A stretch of 64,000 bases of DNA from Ostreococcus lucimarinus (taxonomy: Eukaryota). The translations under genes were made by a program, and so were the position numbers. This document shows positions 48,957 through 58,694 of the stretch, in pieces. Each line of letters starts with the position of its first letter. The first letter of the stretch is position 1. The notes beneath the pieces were generated by a model that saw only the letters and a list, made by a program, of their open reading frames with translations, searched no databases and was not told where the DNA came from. Where the stretch lies: NCBI GenBank assembly GCA_000092065.1, contig CP000599.1; one strand, written 5' to 3'.

Positions 48957-49767
48957 ATGGCGAACGCGACGGACGCGTCGGCGATCGTCGACGACCGCGC
49001 GACGACGGCCGACGACGACGACGACGTGACGAGCTCGATGCGCGCGCTGCGCGTCGGCGACGACGGCGAGGACGAGGACGCGCCTCGACGCGCGCGAACG
49101 ATACTGTGCCCGGTGACGGAGCGCGACGACGACGCGAACGCGGTGAAGTGGGCGCGCGATAATCTCGTCGACGCGAAGCGCGGCGATTGCGTGCACTTGC
49201 TTCACATTCTGCCGCGGCGAACGGAGGCGGTGGCGGGGTACGCGTACCCGATGATGGGGGCGCCGACGCGGCGAGGTGGGCGCGTCTCGTCTCGCGCGCG
49301 CGCTCTCGTCTCGCGCGCGCGCTCTCGTCCCGGCGGCGGCGGCGAAGGCGCGAGACGACTGACGGTTCGGTTCGCGAACGCGAGCGCGCGCAGCGTGCGA
49401 AGAGCTCGAAGACGCCGAGCGCGAGCGCAAGCGATTGGATCGCGTCAGGGCGAAACACTGGATCAACGCAAAGTTTGGACGAATGTTGCGCGAGAGCGAG
49501 ACGCCGTACCTCGTCGATTTGACGTGCGGATCGCAGGGGAACGTGGCCGTCGGCGAACTCATCACGGCCGTCGCGGAGGCGATCGACGCGGACGTGATCG
49601 TGATGGCGACGCACAATCGAGGCGCGCTCGCTCGATTCTTCGTCGGATCGGTGGCGAATTTTTGTTTGCGAAACGCCACGATGCCCGTCGTGCTGTTACG
49701 TCCGGGCGAGTACGCGCTCGATCGCAAGCGCAGTCATCACCGCGTGTTGATCGACAGACACGATTAG
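48957..49767 (+). CDS. Universal stress protein (UspA family); 2 exons: 48957..49275 and 49394..49767
   Basis: Exon 1 is ...RTILCPVTERDDDANAVKWARDNLVDAKRGDCVHLLHILP... Exon 2 is ...GNVAVGELITAVAEAIDADVIVMATHNRGALARFFVGSVANFCLRNATMPVVLLRP (USP C-terminal ATP-binding motif). The frames differ. A GTGGGC donor at 49276, the branch motif CGACTGACGG and the acceptor CGCGCAG| at 49392/49393 join them. The 118-nt intron contains a 24-bp tandem duplicate. Exon 2 in the track starts on TTG. Confidence 0.65.
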
Positions 49768-49833
49768 ACGAGTCGCGCGCGCGGGCGCGAATCGATGAAA
49801 ACGACGATCGATTTCTTTACAAACACCGTCAAA

Positions 49834-50920
49834 TCACGTGAGATCGTCCTCCTCGGCTTCCACGGCGGCGACGATGCGCTTCTTAGCCTTTAATAGCATC
49901 GTCGTCTTCCAACCGTCGAGCCTGGACATGGAGTCGAATTCCGCCACCGCGCTCGAAAACGCGTCTTGATCGCCCGCCTCGAACGCCTTGGCGCAATTCA
50001 CCAACAAATCGCGCTCGCGCGACGACGCGAACGCCGGGTCGCTCTCCTCGTATCGCTCGCACGCGTTCAGCACCCCGACGGCGTCGTTCCAGCACAATCG
50101 ACAGATCCCCGCCTGTAAAAAGTACCCCTTCACCGAGAACCGCAGTAAATTGTTATTCAACGACGCGCGTCCGACGTCCTCAAAAATCTCCGTCGCCTCT
50201 TCGAATCGATCGAGCTTGCTCGCCAGCAGCGTCGCCGCCTTCAGTTTACAATTATTCCCCGTCGTCCGTCCCGAGTCGCCCTCGCCGTCGTACAGATCCG
50301 CCGCGCTCGAGAACGCCTCCACCGCGCGTTCATCCCCCTCCGCCGTCCCCAGGCTCTCGTACGTCTCGCCGATCTCCTTCAAATGTTTCGCCGCCTGCGC
50401 CAGTCGTCCCAATCGCGCGTACGCGTTCGACGCTTCCCTGTAGTGTCCGATCGCCTCCTCGTTCGCCCCGCACTTCTTCAGCATCTGCGCGCAGTCCACG
50501 TGCGCCGACGCCGCGTCGTGCGTCTCCTTCGTCGTCGCTCTGCACGTCGCCAGCGCCTCGTACGCGTCCGCCGCTCTTCGCCAGCTCTTCGCCAGCTTAA
50601 ACGACGTCGCCGCGCGCTCGTACAGCTCCGCCGCCTCCTCGTGCCTGTTCGCGCCCGTGATCGCGCTGAAGAATCCAACGCTCTGTCGTCGTCGTTCAGT
50701 CGGTCGCGCCGTCGTCAGTCGTCCTTCGTTCCTTCGTTCGTTCGTTCGTTCGTTCGCATTCATTCATTCATTCATTCGCGTCGATCGTTCGCGTCGAGCG
50801 CGCGCGTTCGCGCCGCTCGAGCGCGTCCGATCGCGCGCTCGCGCGCGCGCGTCGCACCCTGAGTTTCTTGGCCGCCGCGGCGCAGAGCGCGTCGCCGCGC
50901 GCGAGATCGTCGTCGCCCAT
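49834..50920 (-). CDS. NAPA: Alpha-soluble NSF attachment protein (alpha-SNAP); 2 exons: 50858..50920 and 49834..50682
   Basis: Exon 2 aligns with alpha-SNAP from ...SVGFFSAITGANRHEEAAELYERAATSFKLAKSW... onward. Exon 1 is MGDDDLARGDALCAAAAKKLR, followed by a GTGCGA donor at 50857. Metazoan alpha-SNAP has MADNMSKAEDLMKKAEKKLSGWGLFG at this position. The 175-nt intron contains (CATT)5(CGTT)4 and the branch motif GACTGACG. The acceptor ..CGACAG| is at 50683/50684. Confidence 0.8.
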
Positions 50921-50985
50921 CGATCGATCGATGCGTCGCGCAGTGCCGCACACGACGACGCGACGCGCCGACGCGTCGACGTCGA

Positions 50986-51771
50986 ATGCGCGCCGCGACG
51001 CGCGTCGCGACGTCGCGCCCCGTCCCTCGCGCGTCGCGCTCGAGCGCGTCGCGCGTCGCGGCGACGCGAAGATTCGACGCGCGACCGAGCGACGACGTCG
51101 ATTCGGCGCAAAGATTCGACGCGCGTATGGCGCTCGTGGCGCTCGCGACGGTCGCGGCGACGCGATGCGAACTTCTAAAGCCGCCGGCGTGCGAGGCGGC
51201 GTTCATGGAGGCGGTCGAGGGGTCGGCGTCGGTGGTGACGCCGGCGGCGCCGTCGAGGCTGAAGCCGCGCGCGCGCGACGTCGTGCTGGAATCGAAATCC
51301 GAACACGCGGGCGAGGATCTGCGGCGAGAGGACCTGCGAGGGGCGATCTACGCCGAGGCGGATTTGCGACGGAGCGATCTGCGGGAGAGCGACGCGCGAG
51401 GGGCGGTGTTCAGTCGAGCGGTGATGCCGGGGGTGGACGCGCGAGACGCCGATTTTTCAGACGCGATGTTCGATTACGCGCTGCTGCGAGGGAGCGATTT
51501 CACGAATAGCGTGTTCGTGGGGGCGAATTTCGTGCGGGCGGATCTGGGGGAGGTGGTGGCGACGAACGCGGACTTCACGGAGGCGGTGATCGATCGGTAT
51601 CAGACGCTGTCGCTGTGCGAACGGGCGTCGGGGACGAATCCGTACACGGGGGCGAACACGCGGGATTCGTTGCTGTGCGACTTGGTGAAGCCGTACGCGG
51701 GCTCGGGCGAGGGAGGGAAGGTGGTGGCGACGAAGACGTCGGGGACGTGGGGTGGGGGGGGGCGCGAGTGA
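50986..51771 (+). CDS. Pentapeptide-repeat protein with bipartite chloroplast/thylakoid-lumen targeting sequence (TL15/TL17-like)
   Basis: N-terminus has an S/R-rich transit peptide followed by a hydrophobic MALVALATVAATR lumenal signal. Tandem pentapeptide repeats follow (EDLRREDLRGAIYAEADLRRSDLRESDARGAVFSRAV...). Its ATG is only 65 bp from the divergent alpha-SNAP ATG. Confidence 0.75.
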   Translation: MRAATRVATSRPVPRASRSSASRVAATRRFDARPSDDVDSAQRFDARMALVALATVAATRCELLKPPACEAAFMEAVEGSASVVTPAAPSRLKPRARDVVLESKSEHAGEDLRREDLRGAIYAEADLRRSDLRESDARGAVFSRAVMPGVDARDADFSDAMFDYALLRGSDFTNSVFVGANFVRADLGEVVATNADFTEAVIDRYQTLSLCERASGTNPYTGANTRDSLLCDLVKPYAGSGEGGKVVATKTSGTWGGGGRE

Positions 51772-51851
51772 GCGCGGCGCGTGTAATTACCTACGTAGCT
51801 ATCCACTAAATCGACGCTAAGCGTCCTAATAAGACTACGTCGCGTCGCCGT

Positions 51852-54800
51852 CTACAGCGTCACGTGCGCGACGCGCTGCGGGAAGCGATACACCGTTCCG
51901 TCGCCGCTCAGACAGCTCGCCAAGTACGCCCCCAAAGACGCCGAACTCGACATCATGGTGTCTAAACTCAACGCGTCGTCCATGGCGACGCCGTGCAAGT
52001 AAGGCTCCAAGTTTTCGACGGCGACGGCGGTGACGTGAGACTTCACCTCGACGTTGTACGACGCGCCGAGCGCGCTCAGCGCGTCGCAAATTTGTTCGGC
52101 GCACGTCAAGAAGACGTCGTCGGCGGGCGCGGTGTCGTGGGACCGTCGTTCACCGCGGCGTTTCTTCTCGGCGTGGTACATGGCGAAAAATTTGGCGTCG
52201 TGACTTTGTTCCGTCGCCGCGGCGATGAACCCCAAACCGCCGGGTCGAAGCGACTTGCGGAAATTTCGCAGCGCGGAGTGTAATTTCCCGCGAGGCGTCG
52301 TCGCGAATCCGTGCGCGGTGTACACGATGTCGTAGCCGATCGAAGGGTCAGCGGCACCGCCGCCGTCGCGAGTGTCGTCCTGCGTCAGCGCGTCCGCGTA
52401 ATCCTGCGGAGGCACGAACGTCGTCGTCGATCCGCGATGGAGCGTGCCGACTCTAAACGGCGGCACGAGCGACGTCGCCGCCGTGTGCAACGCCACCGCG
52501 GAGACATCCAGTAGATCGACGCTGACGTATAAGCGTTCCATCGCGGGATCGATCAACGGTGACATCATCGCCTCGCGCGTGGCGTCCGCGATATGGCGGC
52601 ACAACGCCGCAGAAAACGTGCCGACGCCGCACGCCATTTCGAGCGCCGTGAGCGCGTCGGATGGGATCGACTGACGCACCGTCGTGTTGGCGTACACTGA
52701 AGACGTCACGGATGCCACGTCGCTCGCGTCGACGTCACTTTCGCCGCGCGCCCAAGCTTTCTCAATATCGCCGTCCTCCCCGTCGTCGACGTGTTCGCGG
52801 ATGCGTTCGCGCTGAAGCGACGCGAACGTCTTCCACCAGTCGTGCGATTCAGTGATGGATTGCACGTCTGAAAACGTCGCCATGCAATACCCGGGCGTAC
52901 GACGAAGTCGCTCGTGTTTTGCGGTGTCGTGCTCTTGCTCCAACATTTCGGCGATGCGTTCGGGCGCGTTCGACCCGTCGTCCACGGACGTCGCCGTGGT
53001 GGCGGTGACGTCGCCGCCGTAGTCGCTGTAAAATTCGTCGTCGACGATGGATTGAATGTCGGATTCATCGTCGTTTTCGAACCCGTCGTCTTCGGAATCC
53101 GATAATAACGGACGTCGCTCGATTATCGTCTCTTCTTCGTCGTACGCTTTTGCACGAAGGGGTGTCGGTGTCGCGCGCGCGCCGCTCGAAACGTTCGGAG
53201 ACGTAGACGTCTTCGGAGCCGCGCGATCCACCGCACGAGATATCCGAGCGCACTCCCCAGCGCTCACGACGCCCACGTTTTCCATCCAACCGGCGCGCAA
53301 CAACGCGCGATACGTCAATGTTTTCACAAAGTCTTGCAGCGCGAACGAGCACAAGGCGAAGACAAACACAAACGCGATGCGCGCCCACGAAATCGACGCC
53401 AACGCCATGAAGGGCCAATTCGCGCTCAACAAGCAACTCATCGTCAATGACGTGGCGAACGCAGCCAAAACTAGCCCCCCTGGGCGTCGCTCGAGGAACG
53501 ACTTGTGCGCACGAGCGCTGAAAACCGTCATCGCGTCCGTGAGCGTGAGCTTGAGAAACACACAGGTTTGCACCTCGCCGTACGGTAATCGAGCGCTCAG
53601 CGCCACGCGCAGTAACGCCAGAGTCGTGAAACACGCCGTGAAGCCGCTCGCCGCGCTGACGAAGACGTGCGGAAGTAAATTCCAACGCTCTGGTAAACGG
53701 CTCGGTGAGGTGTGGTCGTACGCGGTGCCGATGACGACAACGTCATTGAGCGCGGCGTTGACGCACAACGCGATGACTGGGAGCGTAAACGTATCCGGCG
53801 CGGAGACGTCGAAAGATTTTGGACTCACCACGAGGGCGCCAAATACAAAAAATCCCAAGACGTGCGCCGTGCACGTCGCACGAAATACAATGTATTCACG
53901 CACGCGCGCGAACATCACTCGGGCAGAGAGAACCGCGTGCGCCAAGGCTGCGAGCGACGGCGCGGCTAATATGATGTCGGACGCGCATCGCGCGGCGTCG
54001 CTAGCGTTATTCATCGACACTCCCACATGTGCGAGCTGAAGCGCCGCGCTATCGCTCGCGCCATCACTCACTAAACCGACGATGTCACCCTTAGCGCGAT
54101 GGGCCTTCACCAGCGCGTGCTTGTCCTCGGGTAGCATTTCGGCGTAAGCCTTCATGCGATCGAGCTTGTCGCAGTGCGCCGGGCTCAGCACGCTCGCGCG
54201 AAGAGGCACGTACGGTACATCGCTCGGAGTGTGGATGATTCCGTCAGAATTCTCGCTCAGATCGAAACCAATCTTATCGCACGCCACGCGCGCGACCCGA
54301 GCGACATCACTAGTGACGATTTTTACGTCGACGCCGAGCGATTGCATCGCGTGCAGCATCTCGTGCGCGTCCTTGCGACGCACGTCGTCGTACATAATCA
54401 AACCCAGACCGACGTACGAATCGTCGTGGGTTTTCGAACAAGCCACCAAGAGTGCGCGAGAAATCACTCCCGCCGCCGCGCGAGATTGCAACTGCTCGAG
54501 CGCGTCGTCGACGATGGCTTGCGCGCTCTCGCGGTTGACACACTTTTCTAGCGCGACGTCGATCGGGCCCTTCATCACGCGAAACGTCGATCCGTCGTTC
54601 GCTCGACGGATGATGCTTTCACTGAATTTTCTCTTTGCCGAGACATCGAAAGGTCGATGCTCTACGAGTTCGAACTTCCCTTCCAAGTGTCGCGCGACGT
54701 CAAAGGCGTCTAAAATCATCGCGTCCACGGCGTTTGTCGGCGGCTCCTTCCATCGCGTTCCCATCGCCGCCGCCGTCATGACGTCGTTTTCGCTGACACC

Positions 54801-56228
54801 CTCGAGTAAAGGCACCGTGGGAACGATCGAGCTCAGTTTTGCGGCATCTTTAGTCAACGTTCCGGTTTTATCGACGCACAAGACGTTCATGAGAGCCAAA
54901 TCTTCGATGACGCGCGCGCGCGCGACGATGCACGATTTTTTCGCCAACGCGCGAACGCCCAAAGAGGTCGTCGTGTGCACGATCGTTCGAATCGCCAAAG
55001 GTGTGCTGATGATCAAAAGAATGACCGCAAACGATAGCGAGCGGAAGAAGTCCTTCCCCCCCACGATGAGGTACAAGAATACGCTCAGCGAGGACGCGCA
55101 TCCGACCACCGCGAACGAGCGCGTGACGATGGACACGTTCGCGTCGAACGCGGACATTTCCTTGCGAGATGAATCTCTGGCTCGCATCACGCGCGCCGCG
55201 CGCCCAGCGAATGTGTGTTTTCCGGTGCGCACCACCATCGCTCTCGCGGAGCCGCGCTTGACGACGCCTCGCGTGAACAACGGTTCGCCCTTCGCGACGT
55301 CGACGGTGTGCCTGTCGCCCGTGATCAAAGAATTATCCAAAACCAACGTCTGCGGTCCGCACGACACGCAATCCGCGGGCACCGCACACCCGGGCGTGAG
55401 CGTGACGATGTCTCCCGGCACGAGAAAACGCGCGTCGACGACGCGCGACGTCCCCGATCTCGTCACCGTCGCTCGAGCGTCCACGAGCTCCGCCAACTCC
55501 CGACTCGCCCGCACCGCGTCCTCCCTCTCGACGTGCGACACCCACGCGTTACCGAAAACCAACCCCAACAAAATCATCGCGTTGAACGTCGGATCGTCGT
55601 GCACGCGCGCGTTAAAACTCTGCGCCAATTCCAACGCCGCCCCCGTCGCCAACACCCGCGCCGTCGGATTCCTAATCTCCGCGCGCAGAAACCGCGCGAA
55701 CCGCGCGCGCGCGCGTCCCGCGTCCCCCCCCCCCGCGCTCGCCTTCCGCGCCCGCGCGCCGTCGTCCCCATCCTCGCCCGTCGCCCAATCGTTCGCGCCG
55801 TACTTTTCCAACCGCCGCGCCGCCTCGCGTTCTCGCAAGCCGCCGTCGACGTCCGCGTCCAAATCCTCCTCGTCCACCGCCGTCTCCTGCACCCCGTGGT
55901 CTCGCGCGCGCGACATCTCGTCCATCATTTTCCGCGCGTCCATCGCCGCCGCCGTCGTCGCGCTCGAGTCGTTCGCGCGCGCGCGTCGTCCGTCGTCGCC
56001 GTCGTCGCCCGCGGCGCCGTCGTCGCCCGCGGCGCCGAGCGCGCGCACCCATCGTTCAATCTTTTTCGTCACCGGCGCCTCGTCGCGCGCCGTCGCGCGT
56101 CCCAGATCATCGCTCAGCATGCGTTCGTAATCGTCGCCGATCGGTGACGTCGGGTCGTCGTCGCGCGCGTCGCGCGTCGTCGAATTCGTCGCCGCGTCGT
56201 CGCAATCATCGCGTTCGCGTCGTCGCAT
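51852..56228 (-). CDS. Divergent P-type ATPase (type III/PMA-like core with DKTGTLT) fused to a C-terminal class-I SAM-dependent methyltransferase domain; single ORF ~1458 aa
   Basis: ATPase: ...GLREREAARRLEKYGAN..., ...LITGDRHTV (TGES-like), ...ISTPLAIRTIV... (TM4), NVLCVDKTGTLTKD (phosphorylation site), ...VSDGASDSAAL (degenerate GDGxND), ~10 TM helices. The ~150-aa protein-like linker has no stop. MTase: motif I LEMACGVGTFSAAL, post-I VSVDLLD, motif II YDIVYTAHGF, motif III LRPGGLGFI. The track ORF starts on GTG at 56498; the first ATG is at 56228. Confidence 0.7.
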   Translation of the reverse strand: MRRRERDDCDDAATNSTTRDARDDDPTSPIGDDYERMLSDDLGRATARDEAPVTKKIERWVRALGAAGDDGAAGDDGDDGRRARANDSSATTAAAMDARKMMDEMSRARDHGVQETAVDEEDLDADVDGGLREREAARRLEKYGANDWATGEDGDDGARARKASAGGGDAGRARARFARFLRAEIRNPTARVLATGAALELAQSFNARVHDDPTFNAMILLGLVFGNAWVSHVEREDAVRASRELAELVDARATVTRSGTSRVVDARFLVPGDIVTLTPGCAVPADCVSCGPQTLVLDNSLITGDRHTVDVAKGEPLFTRGVVKRGSARAMVVRTGKHTFAGRAARVMRARDSSRKEMSAFDANVSIVTRSFAVVGCASSLSVFLYLIVGGKDFFRSLSFAVILLIISTPLAIRTIVHTTTSLGVRALAKKSCIVARARVIEDLALMNVLCVDKTGTLTKDAAKLSSIVPTVPLLEGVSENDVMTAAAMGTRWKEPPTNAVDAMILDAFDVARHLEGKFELVEHRPFDVSAKRKFSESIIRRANDGSTFRVMKGPIDVALEKCVNRESAQAIVDDALEQLQSRAAAGVISRALLVACSKTHDDSYVGLGLIMYDDVRRKDAHEMLHAMQSLGVDVKIVTSDVARVARVACDKIGFDLSENSDGIIHTPSDVPYVPLRASVLSPAHCDKLDRMKAYAEMLPEDKHALVKAHRAKGDIVGLVSDGASDSAALQLAHVGVSMNNASDAARCASDIILAAPSLAALAHAVLSARVMFARVREYIVFRATCTAHVLGFFVFGALVVSPKSFDVSAPDTFTLPVIALCVNAALNDVVVIGTAYDHTSPSRLPERWNLLPHVFVSAASGFTACFTTLALLRVALSARLPYGEVQTCVFLKLTLTDAMTVFSARAHKSFLERRPGGLVLAAFATSLTMSCLLSANWPFMALASISWARIAFVFVFALCSFALQDFVKTLTYRALLRAGWMENVGVVSAGECARISRAVDRAAPKTSTSPNVSSGARATPTPLRAKAYDEEETIIERRPLLSDSEDDGFENDDESDIQSIVDDEFYSDYGGDVTATTATSVDDGSNAPERIAEMLEQEHDTAKHERLRRTPGYCMATFSDVQSITESHDWWKTFASLQRERIREHVDDGEDGDIEKAWARGESDVDASDVASVTSSVYANTTVRQSIPSDALTALEMACGVGTFSAALCRHIADATREAMMSPLIDPAMERLYVSVDLLDVSAVALHTAATSLVPPFRVGTLHRGSTTTFVPPQDYADALTQDDTRDGGGAADPSIGYDIVYTAHGFATTPRGKLHSALRNFRKSLRPGGLGFIAAATEQSHDAKFFAMYHAEKKRRGERRSHDTAPADDVFLTCAEQICDALSALGASYNVEVKSHVTAVAVENLEPYLHGVAMDDALSLDTMMSSSASLGAYLASCLSGDGTVYRFPQRVAHVTL

Positions 56229-56404
56229 TTCGTCGTCTCGCGTCGTCGCGACGCGGTTCGAGACGCCCGCGCGCGAGTATTTTTCGCGTGCGATCGCGTT
56301 CGACGCGATTCGCGATCGCGATTCGCGATCGCGCAAAGCGCGGCGTCGCGAGCCGTCGCGCTCTGACGCGAATCGCGTCGCGTCGGGCCGTCGTGATGTA
56401 TCAT

Positions 56405-56412
56405 AAACCCTA
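56405..56412. promoter_or_regulatory. Exact telo-box AAACCCTA 116 bp upstream of the uL3 ATG
   Basis: tcatAAACCCTAtattt sits in the only AT-rich patch of the ATPase/uL3 divergent promoter. Confidence 0.5.
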
Positions 56413-56527
56413 TATTTACGTATTGTACACTTTTTAGTACTATGTAGATGTAGATTTTGGGTAAAACGAGCGCCCCGATCGCGCGCGCGCGTCCGCACAC
56501 GACGCCGAGACGCGCGCGCGCGCCGTC

Positions 56528-57610
56528 ATGCTTCGTCGCGCCTGCGCGCGCGCGGCGACGCGCGTCGCCGCGCTCGTCGCGCCGAGCCGCGCGATCGGCG
56601 CGCCGCTCGCGTCGCCGCGCGCGCGATTTCCGTCGCCGCCGCAACTCGTCGCGTCGGCGAATCATCGCCTCGCGAGCGCGCGCGCGGCGGCGCCTCGACC
56701 GTCGAGCGCGGGAATCGCGCGCGATCGACGCTCGGCGCGATCGAACGCGGTCGAGCGCGCGACGTACGCGACGTCGGCGCGCGCGGTGGACGCGGCGCAC
56801 CGAAGGGCGAACGCGACGCGCGCGGCGACGCGAGAGGCGCGCCGAAGGACCGGCGCGGTGGCGATCAAGACCGGGATGACGTGCGATTGGGACGCGCGAG
56901 GGACGAGGATCCCGCTCACGGTGCTGTGGATCGACGATTGCGAGGTGGTGGCGGCGAAGACGTCGAGCGGGGCGGACGGGTACGACGCGGTGCAGGTGGG
57001 ATACGGAAGCCGAAAGCCGAAGCAGGTGACCAAGGCGGAGCTGGGGTACTTTGTGCGAAGGAAAACGAACATTAAGAGAGCGCTGTGCGAGTTTCGGACG
57101 AGCGCGGACGGGGTGCTGGCGCCGGGGACGGCGATCACGGCGGCGCACTTCGCGGCGGGGCAGTACGTGGACGTGCAGGGCGTGACCAAGGGGAAAGGGT
57201 TTCAGGGACCGATGAAGCGGTGGGGGTTCTCGGGACAGCCCGCGAGTCACGGGAACACGAAGAAGCATCGCGCGCACGGGAGCATCGGGCAGTGCCAGGA
57301 CCCGGGGCGAGTTTTTAAGGGGAAGAAGATGGCGGGTCGGATGGGCGGCAGGACGCGCACGGTGCAGAGCGCGTACGTGTACAAGGTGGACACGGAGAAG
57401 AATTTGGTGTACGTCAAGGGACAAGTCCCGGGGAACGCCGGAATGGCGGTGAAGATCAGAGACAGCCTGCGGAAACCGCCGGCGCTGGACGGGAGCGAGG
57501 TGCCGTTTCCGACGGCGGTGGCTGGCGAGCACCCGACGGGGGTCTTCGTCGCGCCGCCGCAGGGCGCGGATCCGTTCGGTAACCCCGAACCGGTGAAGCA
57601 GCGCGCGTGA
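56528..57610 (+). CDS. RPL3: Organellar (bacterial-type) ribosomal protein uL3, nucleus-encoded with N-terminal targeting peptide
   Basis: ...GMTCDWDARGTRIPLTVLWIDDCEVVAAK...VQVGYG...GQYVDVQGVTKGKGFQGPMKRWGFSGQPASHGNTKKHRAHGSIGQCQDPGRVFKGKKMAGRMG... matches bacterial/mitochondrial/plastid uL3. Confidence 0.85.
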   Translation: MLRRACARAATRVAALVAPSRAIGAPLASPRARFPSPPQLVASANHRLASARAAAPRPSSAGIARDRRSARSNAVERATYATSARAVDAAHRRANATRAATREARRRTGAVAIKTGMTCDWDARGTRIPLTVLWIDDCEVVAAKTSSGADGYDAVQVGYGSRKPKQVTKAELGYFVRRKTNIKRALCEFRTSADGVLAPGTAITAAHFAAGQYVDVQGVTKGKGFQGPMKRWGFSGQPASHGNTKKHRAHGSIGQCQDPGRVFKGKKMAGRMGGRTRTVQSAYVYKVDTEKNLVYVKGQVPGNAGMAVKIRDSLRKPPALDGSEVPFPTAVAGEHPTGVFVAPPQGADPFGNPEPVKQRA

Positions 57611-57890
57611 GCGCGAGCGCGAGACGCGGACTATCTAGCTACTTAGACGACGGCGAGACGTTCGTTCGGTGTGATTGAATAGAAGTCGTAGTAACGACGG
57701 AACCCCGTGCGAATGAATATTAAATGAAACGCGCGCGCGCGCGTTCGCCTATTGATACCGACTAGAATGCATGCATGCACGCGCGAACGAACGAACGATC
57801 GATCGAACGAGCGAGCGAACGAACCCCCGTTCGCCCGCCCGCGAGCGCGCCTCGCGCTCGCGCGACCGCGTCCGCTCGCGCGCGCCCCCC

Positions 57891-58553
57891 TCACCGCTCT
57901 CGCGGCGCCTCCAACAACAACGGCTTGAGTATGTCCCAAGTCTTCGCCAACACCGCCGTCTTATAGCACAAAAACCCACAAAACGTCGCCCCGTACGAGA
58001 AATCAAACGGCAAATCCAACCGATTCCAGCACGCCGTGAACACGACGAGCGCCGTCGGCACCAACAGTCGTCTCTGCAGCAGCGCCCTCGAGTACACGCC
58101 GCCGACTTTGCCGAACGCGCCGCTCAGCATCGCGCCCACGTCCGTCACCGGTTCGTACACCAAATTTCGCGTGTAATCCGCCTCGCTGACGTTCCCATTT
58201 TCTAAGCTCTCGCTGACGCCGTCGACGTAGTCTTGGAGCAATCTGAGGTAGCCGAGCGCGCCCGCCGAGCCGAGCGCCGCGCTCAGCCCCGGCGCGACGC
58301 CGTACCCCAGCAGGCAGTACGCCGACAGCGCCGCGCCGTGCGCGAGCGTCGTCGAGCTCAGCTCCCGCTTCAACGCGACGTACTCCTCGTCGCTCATTCG
58401 CTTCTCATCGAGCGCGTCCGCGGGCGTCGCGCGACGCGGCGTCGCGATGTTTCCGCGCCGAGGGTTTCGTCGATTCGCATTCGGCGCCCGCGCGGCGCGT
58501 CCGAGCGCGCGCGCGTCCGTGCGCGTCGATCGCGACGTCGACGACGATCGCAT
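57891..58553 (-). CDS. Hypothetical organelle-targeted membrane protein (2-3 TM; 220 aa)
   Basis: S/T/R-rich presequence MRSSSTSRSTRTDARALG..., then hydrophobic helices (AYCLLGYGVAPGLSAALGSAGALGYL; LLVPTALVVFTACW). The track ORF N-terminus up to 58844 overlaps the PIS gene on the other strand and was rejected. Alternative start at ATG 58397. Confidence 0.4.
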   Translation of the reverse strand: MRSSSTSRSTRTDARALGRAARAPNANRRNPRRGNIATPRRATPADALDEKRMSDEEYVALKRELSSTTLAHGAALSAYCLLGYGVAPGLSAALGSAGALGYLRLLQDYVDGVSESLENGNVSEADYTRNLVYEPVTDVGAMLSGAFGKVGGVYSRALLQRRLLVPTALVVFTACWNRLDLPFDFSYGATFCGFLCYKTAVLAKTWDILKPLLLEAPRER

Positions 58554-58694
58554 CTCCGCCGCGACCGCGCTCGGGCGCGTCCAGACGGCGTCCAGCGCGC
58601 GCGACAGTGCGGATTGCGAAATTGCACTTTTTGGGGACGCGCCGAACGCGCGCGCGTTCGCACTCCTCGACGCGCCCCGGACGCGCCGCGCGTC

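Noticed and set aside
47460-49727. 755-aa minus ORF as a single gene
   Set aside because: The upstream 375 codons are antisense of the USP gene and its promoter. Only the 7TM portion from ATG 48602 is retained.
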